Shown: positions 24,560 to 38,929, numbered from the stretch's first letter. The stretch: 44,329 nt of DNA from Octopus bimaculoides (GCF_001194135.2 NC_068981.1:110486968-110531296), one strand, 5' to 3'. Made by a program: numbers and translations. The notes: generated by a model not told the origin, from the sequence alone.

Positions 24560-24610
<51 letters not shown>
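24348..24610 (+). mobile_element. tRNA-derived SINE (family 1) with (ATT)n tail
   Basis: GGCGGTGAGCTGGCAGAATCGTT head, B-box-like GAGTTCAAATTCT, tail 24560-24610. Confidence 0.9.
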
Positions 24611-24611
<1 letters not shown>

Positions 24612-25372
24612 GGTAATGGCTGACTGCCTTCATTTTCGCAGTATTTAGCTTAAAAATAAAACACATTCCTGTTATTTTTGTTCGATGATTAATTGAGTGC
24701 AGGTGGGCTGCATTAACAAATCGGTAGCTTTACAGTAAGATAAAGTACGTGTTGTGTAATCTGCTCAAAGATGATGTTAGAGCCAAAGATTGAATAGGAA
24801 CATTCAATGCCATATACGAAAAGACTCATGTGTTGTTCAAACCTTTTCCATGTGTAGCGTAAGTTTCTTCGTGAATTTTTGAATGATACATGTAATGTTA
24901 TCATTATTTAAACAAAACTTTTTACTAAAATTTTGTAACACTCTTTCGGTCTGACAAAGTTTATTTATTTCTCTCTCATTCACTCGTTTTCACTCAGTAA
25001 ATGTTTCTCAATATGAATGTAATGAATATTATTGCGTTTTCTGAATAAATACGATATTTGTTCAATTATACATTTTATGGTGTAGCCCGATTAACGATGG
25101 GTAATATTCCAACAGGTCCATTGTTATAAAAGGGCCACTCATCCCCGATCAAGGCAAGGTTTATATCCTCATATATTTATGAGGAAATAATAGAAATACT
25201 TCTTATAACAGACCTGGATAAGCCAATAACAAAGCGAAATGTTTGATGTTTCATTCCCTAAAGAAGACCTCAACGTAGGCAGTAACGCCAAGGGGGCGCT
25301 GGGCATGTCGAAAGGGATGTTAAGCTTTAGGAACTGTGAGGTAACATAATTAACATACCAAATTTTACCTAT

Positions 25373-26198
25373 AGGGCTTTCCTATAAGTAGGTTATCTCC
25401 CTTGGCTAGGCGGCGCTCCATGTAGCTAATTAAACTTCTGCAGACTACCCACGCCATTGTTATTGTTTTACGTCTTATCATGGATATAAAGCAGCTTGAT
25501 GATTCAGCTATCGAAGTACTTACTGTGCCTGAGTTAAAGAAATATTTAAGATTATATGGACAGTATGTTACTGGAAGAAAGGCGGACTTGACTGAAAGGT
25601 TGAAAGGAATAAAAATTCTGTCGATGAAGAATGTCAACAAAGTAAATTCATCGGNNNNNNNNNNNNNNNNNNNNNNNNNNNNNNNNNNNNNNNNNNNNNN
25701 NNNNNNNNNNNNNNNNNNNNNNNNNNNNNNNNNNNNNNNNNNNNNNNNNNNNNNNNNNNNNNNNNNNNNNNNNNNNNNNNNNNNNNNNNNNNNNNNNNNN
25801 NNNNNNNNNNNNNNNNNNNNNNNNNNNNNNNNTCTAAAGATCTTTGTAAGTTGCCGAATTTCACAGATAATGACATAATTACCTCGTGCTACGGATGAAA
25901 GCAAAGCAACAGTTAAGGAGTGGCATATTTTACCACGACAGACACGTACACAGCATCGAATACCACGATGTGAGTGAAAGCTGCTCTCACTGTATTGTCC
26001 GGTGTCTGGTAATCCCTTCAATACCGACATCAAACCAAAAAAAGAATCCTGACCACAGAGTGTGGGTAATTATGTCAAAGGTCACTGGCAATGTGCATTC
26101 AGCTGATTGCAACTGTTAAAGCAAGTCACTGAGCATGCGTACATGTCATACGGGAGAGTTCCAATCAGGGGTGGATAACAACCTTATAGGAACCCCCT
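25373..26198 (+). mobile_element. 826-bp TIR element, ISL2EU-like deletion derivative
   Basis: TIR AGGGCTTTCCTATAAGTAGGTTATC vs AGGGGGTTCCTATAAGGTTGTTATC (20/25). Flanked by AT at 25371-25372 and 26199-26200. Contains SAP and SWIM coding remnants. Confidence 0.75.
25480..26150 (+). pseudogene. SAP domain plus SWIM zinc finger (N-terminus of a putative ISL2EU accessory YqaJ-type exonuclease protein)
   Basis: LTVPELKKYLRLYGQYVTGRKADLTERL fits the SAP consensus. HRVWVIMSKVTGNVHSADCNC and a frameshifted CVH fit SWIM CxC..CxH. Gap N25654-25832 lies inside. Confidence 0.75.
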
Positions 26199-26559
26199 AT
26201 AGCAGTATTACACGTGATAAAAATATTACACATGATAAAATTCGTAATGGTTATTAAATTAAAATGAGATCCCATCAGACATAGGGAAGTTATTAATTTG
26301 CAATGCATAATGTAAACTTACGGTTTTTGTTTTTATCATTTTTTTTGTTATCATTTCACTGTTAAAAGCTTATACAATCCATTTTTAGAACAAAATTTAT
26401 AAATTGCCATCCACGTTAAGTTTGTTTAGTCGTGATACCTCACTTGCCACTTAAGTGGATGCTAGGCATAACAACTACTTAAAAGTGGGGCGCTACAAAA
26501 AAGATTAAATAAAAAGTTTAAGAACCACTGCTTTAAAGCAATGTTTAATATATAGTTTA

Positions 26560-26830
26560 CTAGCTGTTTTTCCCGGTTTCACTCGGACAGTGTGGTGGAT
26601 TTGGTTAAAGGCTATTTCCTATGTATATTTTGAATAATAAAAAGAACTAAAAATAAAAAAACAAAAATTCCAAAAACAAAAAAAAGTAAGAACAACCCCA
26701 AAACAATACGATGCTAAGAATTTTGCGGGTCGATATTGTAAAACTAACTTCACGTGTGTACCCATAACCCCATGTAGTCACGGGACCTTATTTGTGGTAT
26801 AACCTCGCCTTAAAAGAAAAATATATGGTA
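26560..26830 (-). mobile_element. Non-autonomous Helitron 3' terminus (extent uncertain)
   Basis: Minus strand ...CCGAGTGAAACCGGGAAAAACAGCTAG|T, with CTAG at 26563-26560. Confidence 0.55.
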
Positions 26831-27899
26831 GTGCGGTTGTTGTATTGGCGACACAAGAATGTTAATCGAAACTGTTCAAGATCAATCATATGTTGGACGT
26901 TCATGTACACTGATTAGGATTGTGAATTTCAATTATTGAAAACGCGTTCCCGGATGGATACAATTGTGCAGAGTCCGTTTGTCTCAATATGGAAAAGCTG
27001 TTTGAATGTCGACATTTGAAGACATTTGTAACTGAAGTTTAAAAAAACATAGTAATTAGAAAGAGCAATCAAGAACACTGCAATTTATAGTATAGATGAC
27101 AGACTTGTAAAACAGTTAGAAGCACCAACATAATTTAATTGGTTATTTTGTGGACATTTTTATGAGTCAGTCATTTCACACGCACATATTTGACACATGA
27201 AAATTAGCTTGAAGTAAATTAGCGGGGTGAGAAAAAAGACATAACAAGACAATCATTAATGTAAGCATGAAAGCTTAAACATAGATTAATTATACATTAG
27301 AAAATGAGTACGTAATCAATGGAAAGCGGCGGCAACAATCTGAACGTTGTGATCTTTAGAACAAAGATTAGAACAAAAGCAAATGTGAGATTGAATTGCG
27401 TCTTTCTTTGGAATTAAAGTTAGAATCAGATAAGAGGTTACATTGTGTCTGTGCGCGCGCGAACGCACAGACAGACACACACGCACACACACACGCACAC
27501 GCACACACTTACACACACTTGATATACTGAAATAGGCAAATCCTCAACTTTGATAACGAACTAAGAATGTAAATACATTTCTTCTATGCACGCAATGTGT
27601 GGAAGAAGGAGGGAGTAAGTCTTTTGACGTATCGTTTCATAATTTCATGACTGCACTTCAAAAAAGACGAACCTAATCTCCTTTCCACATCGATAACAGA
27701 GTATTCAGATACTATATAAAGGAGTAAGCACTCAAGTTATTACCGTTGTGGATAGCAAGAATTTCGCTGATATGCTATGCCATTAAGTGTGTGACCGTAT
27801 TTATTATTAAACCCCACCGGCCTCTGTCTTGTAGGTGTCAGGTGACTTTTTGATTTTATAAGCTCCATTTTTTTTCACTCAATACAAGAAAGGAAGATG

Positions 27900-28500
27900 A
27901 GGAAATTTTCTGGCCATTCGGGTGCGGAGATAATGGTATTTCTAAGGTTCTCCTAAATTTCAATGTTTAGTAACGGCGTGACTGCAACACGTGATCACAC
28001 TGAAGACGCTTCGGCATAAGTAAAATAAACCGTAGCGGTTACAGCTATGGTCGAATAAGGCTTTGTGATACAGAACACACTGCTCCGCAAGAAACTCAAG
28101 TATAAAGTTACCTGTCTGCATTCTCTATCGAAACAATATAATCTTATAGATTTTATTACACGTAAACATAACTCTCGTCCCATCTGTAGCGTTGAAGATC
28201 ACTATCTTGTCGGAGCTAATCTGAAGCCTGTCGTTTGGGAAAAGTTTACAGCAAATAACGCGAAGATCCAAAAAAATCCAAATGTTGATAAACTTCGAGC
28301 TCTGCAATATCAGCATTTTTTGTAAAGCTTACCCATTCATCGTCCGATGGCCCACAGTCTGATTTCAAATAAAAAGTTTAATACCACCTCTGCCAACATT
28401 TTGGGTTTCAGGAAACTGAATCACTTAGATTGGTTTGATGAAAATAACTCAGAAATATCTGAGCTTCAAGACATCAAGCACAAATTACACCATTCCTAAT
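27900..28500 (+). mobile_element. RTE LINE APE-endonuclease/linker remnant
   Basis: QNTLLRKKLKYKVTCLHSLSKQYNLIDFITRK..EDHYLV (consensus TWMHPRSKHWHLIDY..TDH) and LGFRKLNHLDWFDENNSEI. Confidence 0.8.
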
Positions 28501-28723
28501 TTATATTTAATGACAAAACAATTGTGGAAGCGCCATAAATCAGGAGAGTCGAGAACAATGAAAAATACGTGATGGTTGAGCATATCCTTAGACGTTCAAC
28601 TTGCTTTTGACAAATAAAGCTCCCAAACAATGTACAGTTTCTTAAAGCAGGTAGTTGGGGCGCCAAACATCTACTCTTTTCCGTTCAAATGATTCACCTT
28701 ATTCAGCGATAGCGGAATATATA

Positions 28724-28958
28724 GACGCAGGCGTGAGTGTGTGATAAGAAGTTTGCTTCCTAACCACATGGTTTGGGTTCAGTCCCATTGCGTTTCACTG
28801 TGGACAACTGTCTTCTTCTATAGCCTCAGGCTGATTAAAGCCTTGTGAGTGGATTTGGTAGATAGAAACGTAGGTCGACCTGAGGCTATAGTAAAAGACA
28901 CTTGCACAGGATGCTACGCAGTGCGATTGAACTCGGAACCATGTACTTGGGAAGCAAG

Positions 28959-28961
<3 letters not shown>
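28724..28961. mobile_element. Two family-2 SINE 5' halves in inverted (convergent) arrangement
   Basis: Plus copy 28724-28871; minus copy 28873-28961, cut by (TA)n. Confidence 0.8.
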
Positions 28962-29025
<64 letters not shown>

Positions 29026-29100
29026 ATGTGTGTGTGTGTGTGTGTGTGTACGTGTGTGTGTGTGTGTGTATCTTACGCACACACATACACATACATTCAT
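28962..29100. repeat. (TA)n(TG)n microsatellite
   Basis: Read directly. Confidence 0.95.
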
Positions 29101-31147
29101 ATACATCTGTGCATATTCTTGAGCGTCGCTATGATTTTGACCGGCGTGGGGCTTCTCAGTTATTAAAATAGATCCATCTCTTGCCATTTAATTTGTAGAA
29201 AGGGTAAAAAATATTAGATAATAATTACATGTGCATGGTGCTGCAGGGGTGGGACAATGTTTCGTCCGAGCTTGATGACTCCAAGAATATTACTTCTCGG
29301 TAGTGATACACACATACGTGCGCGCGCGCACGCACACACACAGTTCTTTTGATGTTGAATAGTAAACATTTTATTACGAATCTCAGTTTCTCTTACCACC
29401 TAGGGAATTACATCAATATACATTAAAATTGGCTGTACCTATATATGTTATTTTTTTGCATATATTTATTTAAACACGTGCAGTAAGTCATACGGGTTCA
29501 TGTTTGTATATTTATTTTTGTGCTATCATAGGTTAACGTTGCCGTATATATTACCCGGCCTGTGTGCAGAATAGATACACTTGAATAATCATAATTCTAA
29601 ACACATAAATCTGCCTGTTCTGTGATATATTTACATGGCTACGCTAGTTCTTTTTCTTTTATTTGTTTGTTCATATACCAAGTTGCTGAATTCTGTACAT
29701 CATTTTGGCTAGTCATCGTAATAATTCAGTGATCCAGTGCATCTTGAAATCTTTCCACAAGCTTGACTAATCGTATAGTTTACAGTCACCAAAGTACAAA
29801 ATCGATTATTTTTCATTTCCTATCATTGATCTCGCACTCAGTTGATCACTAGCATGACTTCAAACGTGAAGTTTTCCAACAGAAAGCTGTTGACTCCCCA
29901 TTAAACTGTATTTAATGATTATAGAACGGTTAGAGATCTTTAACCGAGCATAACATTATGCTAGTCATGCACAGAAACATGGTTGTATTTTGTAGTGTGT
30001 TATATTCTCGCATGGCCCCCATCACAAATATTCAACTGTATATTGCACTAACGTAATTGCAGAACTTGAGCCTTGTACAATTACTTTTTCAATCAATCAA
30101 TCAATCAATCAGTCAGTCACTCAATCAGTTTGTCTGCCTGCCTGTCTGTCTGTCCGTCTGTTTGTCTGTCTGCCTTTTTTTCTCATACTTTTCTCTTTTA
30201 CAGTGACATCCAACCACCGACGCACCCAAAAGAATTAAACAAAGTAGCATAAAGTTTGGATGTCAACATGGTTTACTAGATAAGGCACTAGCATAAAAGC
30301 AAGGTTAGATTTCAATTCACTTTCTTATATCGTTGAGTTTGGAGATATTCAGAACGGTAAAAACCAGCCAAATATAAAAATGATTCAGTGCAGAGGTCGG
30401 AAATAAGTTGGATGTGAGATAACCAAGGCCGAATTAGATTATTTTTTATAATCTGGCAACCTTGGAAATGATTTTTAAAATACCTAAGTTTTCTGGGAAA
30501 ACTATTTCATTGTTTATCTGTTTTTGTCTGTCTGTCTGTCTATCATCCCTGCCTCCTCTTTTTGTTTTGCATTCGTATGGCTTATTTTTTGCAGTTTAAT
30601 TACCAACGATGATGGATGACTTTAATTCATTATATGAGTGACGACCCTCGTTTTATCAGTAATAAATACTGTAGCAATTATCTACCTCTAAAGTAAAAGC
30701 TCGATATCAATCTCAGTATCATTATCACAAACAGCAGTATCAGCAGTAACAGTAGCAATGTTGGAAACTACAATAGCAGGGGGTAGAGGCGGAAGCAGTA
30801 GCAGCAGCAGTAGAGACAATGATTTTCATTCTATCCTTTTAATAATTATTTTTCTAGTTGTGCATACATTCATTATCTCACTTCCTAACTCTACGCCCCA
30901 AACATTTATATTATTGCTATTAAGTGATAAAGTTATAAATAGTAACACAGCAAAGTCGACTTCAAGTATTGCTTCAGGCAGTTTATTCATACATAGTTGC
31001 GTGTCGCACTTTACTGTGCCACACGCGCGCGCGCGTGTATTTTGACATATTGTACTGATGACATTGCACTTTGACATTATACTTTTTTGATGACATATTT
31101 ACTTCGACACATTAAAAAAAAATTTGATGTATTTAATTCCATATATT

Positions 31148-31899
31148 AGGGGCAGATGGAGCTCCTTAACCGTGGTGAAGGCATCCCACCTAGGAGAGGG
31201 AAACTCTGATATAAAATCAGGTCTTTGGTTGCTGATGGTCTCCCTAACAGAGCTGTACTATCAGCCAACTTTAACTCATAGGATAGACTAGGCCCTATAG
31301 CTTCTTTATAGCGGCTCGTCTAGGAGAAGGAAACCTCTGAACAAAAACCTTGAGGTGTGTTGTTCTTGGTATTGTGGCACGTATGTACACCATATTCTTG
31401 CTATCATCACTTCCAAAAGTGTGGCTATTTCTACACAAGTCAACAACACTCAAATCAAATCATATTTGTGGGTTTTCTTACAACTTATATTTATTCATTC
31501 AATACGGTACAGCTTCAACTTGCAAAAATCAAAAAATCCTCTGGCGAGAGAGTGAAAGCGGCAGGGACAAGTAAAGGATATTACTGGAAGTCTCTTGCTG
31601 GATCTCTACACAGTCAGCAACCATTGGGTGATGGTCATTCCAGCAAAGAATTTGTGAGTAACTGTGCTGTCCGTGTCCTACAGTGGTGACAAATCAAGTC
31701 TATTTAGACACAGCTCTACTTTCCCCAACAGAGGGAGGGGCGAGAAAAGGAGCTCTAAACATTGCTTACCCATTTTAAACTTGGCAGCTCGCTACGGCTG
31801 TCTGGTTATTCAGTAACGCAGTCGAAACACGAAGAAATCTAAGAAAATTAACGTTGGTTCTTTTAATGTGCACACTCTCCAAGACAGTCACTCAGCACC
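31148..31899 (+). mobile_element. RTE LINE 5' UTR and start of APE domain
   Basis: Twice-repeated CTAGGAGA(G/A)GGAAA..CTCTGA...AAA motif (~31190, ~31320) as in RTE 5' UTRs. KKINVGSFNVHTL (GxxNVRTL motif) just before gap N31900. Confidence 0.65.
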
Positions 31900-32667
31900 N
31901 NNNNNNNNNNNNNNNNNNNNNNNNNNNNNNNNNNNNNNNNNNNNNNNNNNNNNNNNNNNNNNNNNNNNNNNNNNNNNNNNNNNNNNNNNNNNNNNNNNNN
32001 NNNNNNNNNNNNNNNNNNNNNNNNNNNNNNNNNNNNNNNNNNNNNNNNNNNNNNNNNNNNNNNNNNNNNNNNNNNNNNNNNNNNNNNNNNNNNNNNNNNN
32101 NNNNNNNNNNNNNNNNNNNNNNNNNNNNNNNNNNNNNNNNNNNNNNNNNNNNNNNNNNNNNNNNNNNNNNNNNNNNNNNNNNNNNNNNNNNNNNNNNNNN
32201 NNNNNNNNNNNNNNNNNNNNNNNNNNNNNNNNNNNNNNNNNNNNNNNNNNNNNNNNNNNNNNNNNNNNNNNNNNNNNNNNNNNNNNNNNNNNNNNNNNNN
32301 NNNNNNNNNNNNNNNNNNNNNNNNNNNNNNNNNNNNNNNNNNNNNNNNNNNNNNNNNNNNNNNNNNNNNNNNNNNNNNNNNNNNNNNNNNNNNNNNNNNN
32401 NNNNNNNNNNNNNNNNNNNNNNNNNNNNNNNNNNNNNNNNNNNNNNNNNNNNNNNNNNNNNNNNNNNNNNNNNNNNNNNNNNNNNNNNNNNNNNNNNNNN
32501 NNNNNNNNNNNNNNNNNNNNNNNNNNNNNNNNNNNNNNNNNNNNNNNNNNNNNNNNNNNNNNNNNNNNNNNNNNNNNNNNNNNNNNNNNNNNNNNNNNNN
32601 NNNNNNNNNNNNNNNNNNNNNNNNNNNNNNNNNNNNNNNNNNNNNNNNNNNNNNNNNNNNNNNNNNN

Positions 32668-34560
32668 GACGACGTGGCGCTCATCCCCACCTGTATGGGG
32701 ATGAGAACGTCTAGAATTAAAATTACAAGGGTCCCACCGGAAGTGATCCTATGTGGTTGATGGCGGCAGTCCTAATCAACCAGGAGGAGAAAATTACTCT
32801 CCTTCAGGCTGCTGTCACCGAAAAAGCTAACTGTACTGGTCAAACAGTCAATCTCCTCATTCAGGCGGAACCTAAAACAATTGAAGCGATTCCCGAGAAA
32901 ATTGAGATAGGGGAGGAGGTCCTCATAGTGTTTCTTGAAGGCCTCAAAGGCCGATGTTTTTTGTGTGGCCAATTAGGCCACATTCGAAAGAATTGCAAGG
33001 AGAGGAAGAGGAGAAAGAAGAAAAAGAGGAAGAAGATGAAGAGGAAAAAGAAAAAGAAAAAGAAGAGAAGAAAACAACGAACAAAAGAAAAATACAATCA
33101 GCAACTCAACCGAGAGCGGCGACTACTACAGACCAACGACCAAAAAAGACTGCCAGAAGAGAAAAAGAGGAAAAAGGCATAATAACATAACCGTATATAC
33201 TAAAGATACCGAGCTAATGAGAGACATTCAATTATTAAAGACTGCAAAAAAAAATTGATAACATCTCGGAGAAATTTACTGACTATGATGTGTATGAAGT
33301 TCCAAATAAGACTCATAGAATTTTACAGAACAAATATCGTAAGACAGTATCTCCAATGAGAATGGACTTTAATAATTCAATATTTTATGGATTACCGGCC
33401 CGATCCTGCGAGAGGAAGAAAAGGTGAAGACTCCCCTTCACCTGACAATTCAAATTAAAAAAGGTAAGACAACTTTATGGCTATTCGCATTGGTTGTTTG
33501 AATGTACGTGACCTGATGTCGAGCTGGAAGCAAGGACGCTTCCTAAATGACATCAGGTCACGGGATTTAAATGTAATTGTTGCTACAGAAACCTGGTTGA
33601 GAGGGCCAAGAGATCTGCTCTCCCTCCTGAACGGCTACGAGAAATACGTTNNNNNNNNNNNNNNNNNNNNNNNNNNNNNNNNNNNNNNNNNNNNNNNNNN
33701 NNNNNNNNNNNNNNNNNNNNNNNNNNNNNNNNNNNNNNNNNNNNNNNNNNNNNNNNNNNNNNNNNNNNNNNNNNNNNNNNNNNNNNNNNNNNNNNNNNNN
33801 NNNNNNNNNNNNNNNNNNNNNNNNNNNNNNNNNNNNNNNNNNNNNNNNNNNNNNNNNNNNNNNNNNNNNNNNNNNNNNNNNNNNNNNNNNNNNNNNNNNN
33901 NNNNNNNNNNNNNNNNNNNNNNNNNNNNNNNNNNNNNNNNNNNNNNNNNNNNNNNNNNNNNNNNNNNNNNNNNNNNNNNNNNNNNNNNNNNNNNNNNNNN
34001 NNNNNNNNNNNNNNNNNNNNNNNNNNNNNNNNNNNNNNNNNNNNNNNNNNNNNNNNNNNNNNNNNNNNNNNNNNNNNNNNNNNNNNNNNNNNNNNNNNNN
34101 NNNNNNNNNNNNNNNNNNNNNNNNNNNNNNNNNNNNNNNNNNNNNNNNNNNNNNNNNNNNNNNNNNNNNNNNNNNNNNNNNNNNNNNNNNNNNNNNNNNN
34201 NNNNNNNNNNNNNNNNNNNNNNNNNNNNNNNNNNNNNNNNNNNNNNNNNNNNNNNNNNNNNNNNNNNNNNNNNNNNNNNNNNNNNNNNNNNNNNNNNNNN
34301 NNNNTCGCTTTTCACCTGAAAAGGAAAGTGTGGCTGGAGAAGAGGTGTCTGTCGGAGAAAATGTTCAACGAAAGATGGAAGTATGTAGCACGAGTGTTGC
34401 GAGTGATTGGAACCTCGTGAATATGCTATAAAGTGTCAAAAAAGTATCAGTGGTGGACTGGGGCTCGTGGGGTCGGGGCTGAACCCAAACACCACTCCAT
34501 TTGTATTGTCTTTTTATAACGTATAACCATTCGTTTATACATGCTTTAATTTTTAACTTC
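32668..34560 (+). mobile_element. Tx1/L1-like LINE: ORF1, ORF2 start, gap, ORF2 C-terminus and 3' UTR
   Basis: ORF1 RIKITRVPPE..WLMAAVL..CFLCGQLGHIRKNC (CCHC) plus an acidic/basic tract. ORF2 MAIRIGCLNVR..VATET (APE). After the gap, FHLKRKVWLEKRCLSEKMFNERW. Confidence 0.8.
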
Positions 34561-34569
34561 ATTTTATTG

Positions 34570-35510
34570 TAATTACATATCGAACATCTGAATCCTTTGT
34601 AAGGCGCGGCCGGAGATAAAGCTACCTGTCGTGACTCCTTTCATCCTTGTCTTCCACACCGCCTCTTTCGCTATTGCTACTGCGATGAGAAAGCAATTCT
34701 TACCTTCATTTGTTAAAAATCCAAATCAGGTTGTGTTGTCCCCATTTTTGTCGGCCCCTAGTGGGCAATAAAGAAATACTCCAACAAAACAGCTTTCTCA
34801 TTTCGGTTCTCCTCTTTGTCGGCCAGTTTTATTGCATTTTTCATTTTGGAAATTCTCTTCTCTAGCTCCACACTTTTTCTGTAACAAACCATCACTCTTT
34901 CATATTTCCCCTTCGGTGGCTCTCTCTCTGCGGTACCTCACCACTCTCTACCTCAATTGCTAGTATTCTCGTCTCTGCTTGTCCTTCCTTCTCACTTTCA
35001 AGTCTCTTCTTCAGTCCTTCCTCCTCCTTACTAGTTGAAGGAAACGGTCTTTGAGTTTGTTCCTCAGTTGGTTCCTCCTTCCTTCTTTTCTCATTCTTTT
35101 TCTCCTCTGCCTTCCTTTTCTTTTTAGGTGGAGATTCCATGGTACTTCTCTTTCTTTCTACCACTGTATATTCCACCATTTCCTCCTCCTATGCAGTTGC
35201 ACCTTCTTTTGCTTGACTCTCCTTCTCCGCCCCTCCTGTTCGTGTTTCTGGGGGACACTTTGCTTTCATGTGTTCCCTTATTCCACATGCGTAACATACC
35301 TTTCTACAACGATTCTCGATCTCGTGTCATCAGGTAGCACCAGCTCTTCTGCATATCTCCACCAGTTTACCTTCGTCGTTCTGGATATCTTTAACAACTT
35401 TGCATCTTCTGAGTTACAGAGGATGGCTGCCACCAGCCACGCTTCATCGATTTCTGGGGGCACTCTACCTATCCTTACTCTGGCCGCACGTTTACCACAG
35501 TAAGAAGGTA
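34570..35510 (-). mobile_element. Second Tx1-like copy, ORF1 joined almost directly to ORF2 C-terminus
   Basis: Minus strand GKRAARVRIGRVPPEIDEAWLVAAIL (ORF1), then about 200 bp after the ORF1 end CFLIAVAIAKEAVWKTRMKG..ISGRAL (ORF2 end). Confidence 0.65.
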
Positions 35511-35529
35511 GTTGTGCCCACTCGGCTGA

Positions 35530-35900
35530 TCTCTGAATAGATGCAGAGAAAGCATCGTACTGTTTATTTAATAATTGTGGGGGTTATGTGATAGGATTTG
35601 TATAGATTTCCTCGAATATAACCAACACGGGGCAGTTTGGCCTTGGTATGGAGGAGGACCTGAGTCAATGATGGACCATGCAATATTATGTGGTATGTTC
35701 TTTTTAAACGATAGTATATATATTCTGCGAGAGAAATAGGTCTACTATGTTTTTCATACTTCAATGAGTTTAAATGCACAGAATATCTTTGCTTGAAATT
35801 AATAATAGCTCCAATATAAACCTTGGTGGAGTTTTGGCGTATGGTGAGGACCATGTACTTATAGACTGTATTACAGAGTCCTACAACAAGCTTGTAACGG
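35530..35900 (-). mobile_element. Penelope-like element GIY-YIG endonuclease remnant
   Basis: VYKYMV..NSTKVYIGAIINFKQRYSVHLNSLKYEKHS..SLAEYI and a downstream LLNK motif. Confidence 0.8.
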
Positions 35901-36170
35901 ATAGTTATCCCGAATTTTGATGTTACAATCGGATCTATTTGGTTTAGTATCTATCCCGCAAAGTGAATTAGAGTATGCATAGTTAGAGGATGTATGATGA
36001 TTCTTAGTAATCCGTTCTCCACAGATTCATTGTATTCTGTCATTTACTCTGTTGTTGTAGGCATTGGTGATTGTAAACATAAACGTTCCTGACTCAACGG
36101 AGAGATTAAGTGAAGCGTTATCGTCGCGGTTGGTGGCAGAAACTCTATTATTGTAATTGGTACTATTGAT

Positions 36171-38400
<2,230 letters not shown>

Positions 38401-38929
38401 TGGTTACGATGTCTGATGTTTACGATGTACATAAGCACTCGCGCACACACACATGCATACACAATGCATACATACATACATATGCAGAAAGAAAACGAAA
38501 TCAGAAATTACTCAAAGTGGCCAGTGGCATGAATTTGGACAACAAAGATGAATGATGTTCTTATACATACCAAACAAGATAAATTCCTGATTTATTGAAA
38601 CTATCTTCGTTTCGGGAGAGGGTAAACATGCCCCTCGTTGCAATTTCGACCGATTTCGAATGAGAAAGGGAAATAATATCAATAATCAAGAATTTTCTGG
38701 AATTGACATGCCATTAAGAAAAGTCATTCTGTGTTTTCTCTTTTTGCTTTTTTGAGGACATTATGGGCAGGTGTTTCTGCTTCAGTGCGCATTATCAGTA
38801 AAGTAGTTGTTCAACCTTGACTCCAGGAGACACACGATTTAGAGATATGCAAAAAAACTAGCTAAGATTTATGGTTTGGAGTAATTTGCTTAATCAAAAC
38901 AAAAGAAATAAGAGAAATAACATTGGGTG

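Larger units (their letters stand above)
25264..26530. mobile_element. Probable Buster-type hAT MITE hosting a nested insertion
   Basis: Right end AAGTTTAAGAACCACTG (reverse complement CAGTGGTTCTTAAACTT) followed by CTTTAAAG. Left end degenerate, preceded by CCCTAAAG (6/8 match). GGGGCGCT motifs near both ends. Confidence 0.5.

Noticed and set aside
31148-31350. HDV-like ribozyme in the RTE 5' UTR
   Set aside because: Such ribozymes are known in RTE 5' ends, but I could not assemble the nested double pseudoknot by eye. It needs a structure-descriptor search.
35531-35562. Hammerhead-like CTGAATAG-ATGC-loop-GCAT-CGTAC
   Set aside because: Both catalytic core segments deviate from CUGANGA and GAAA. 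It is antisense to the Penelope ORF and overlaps sequence explained as its coding tail.
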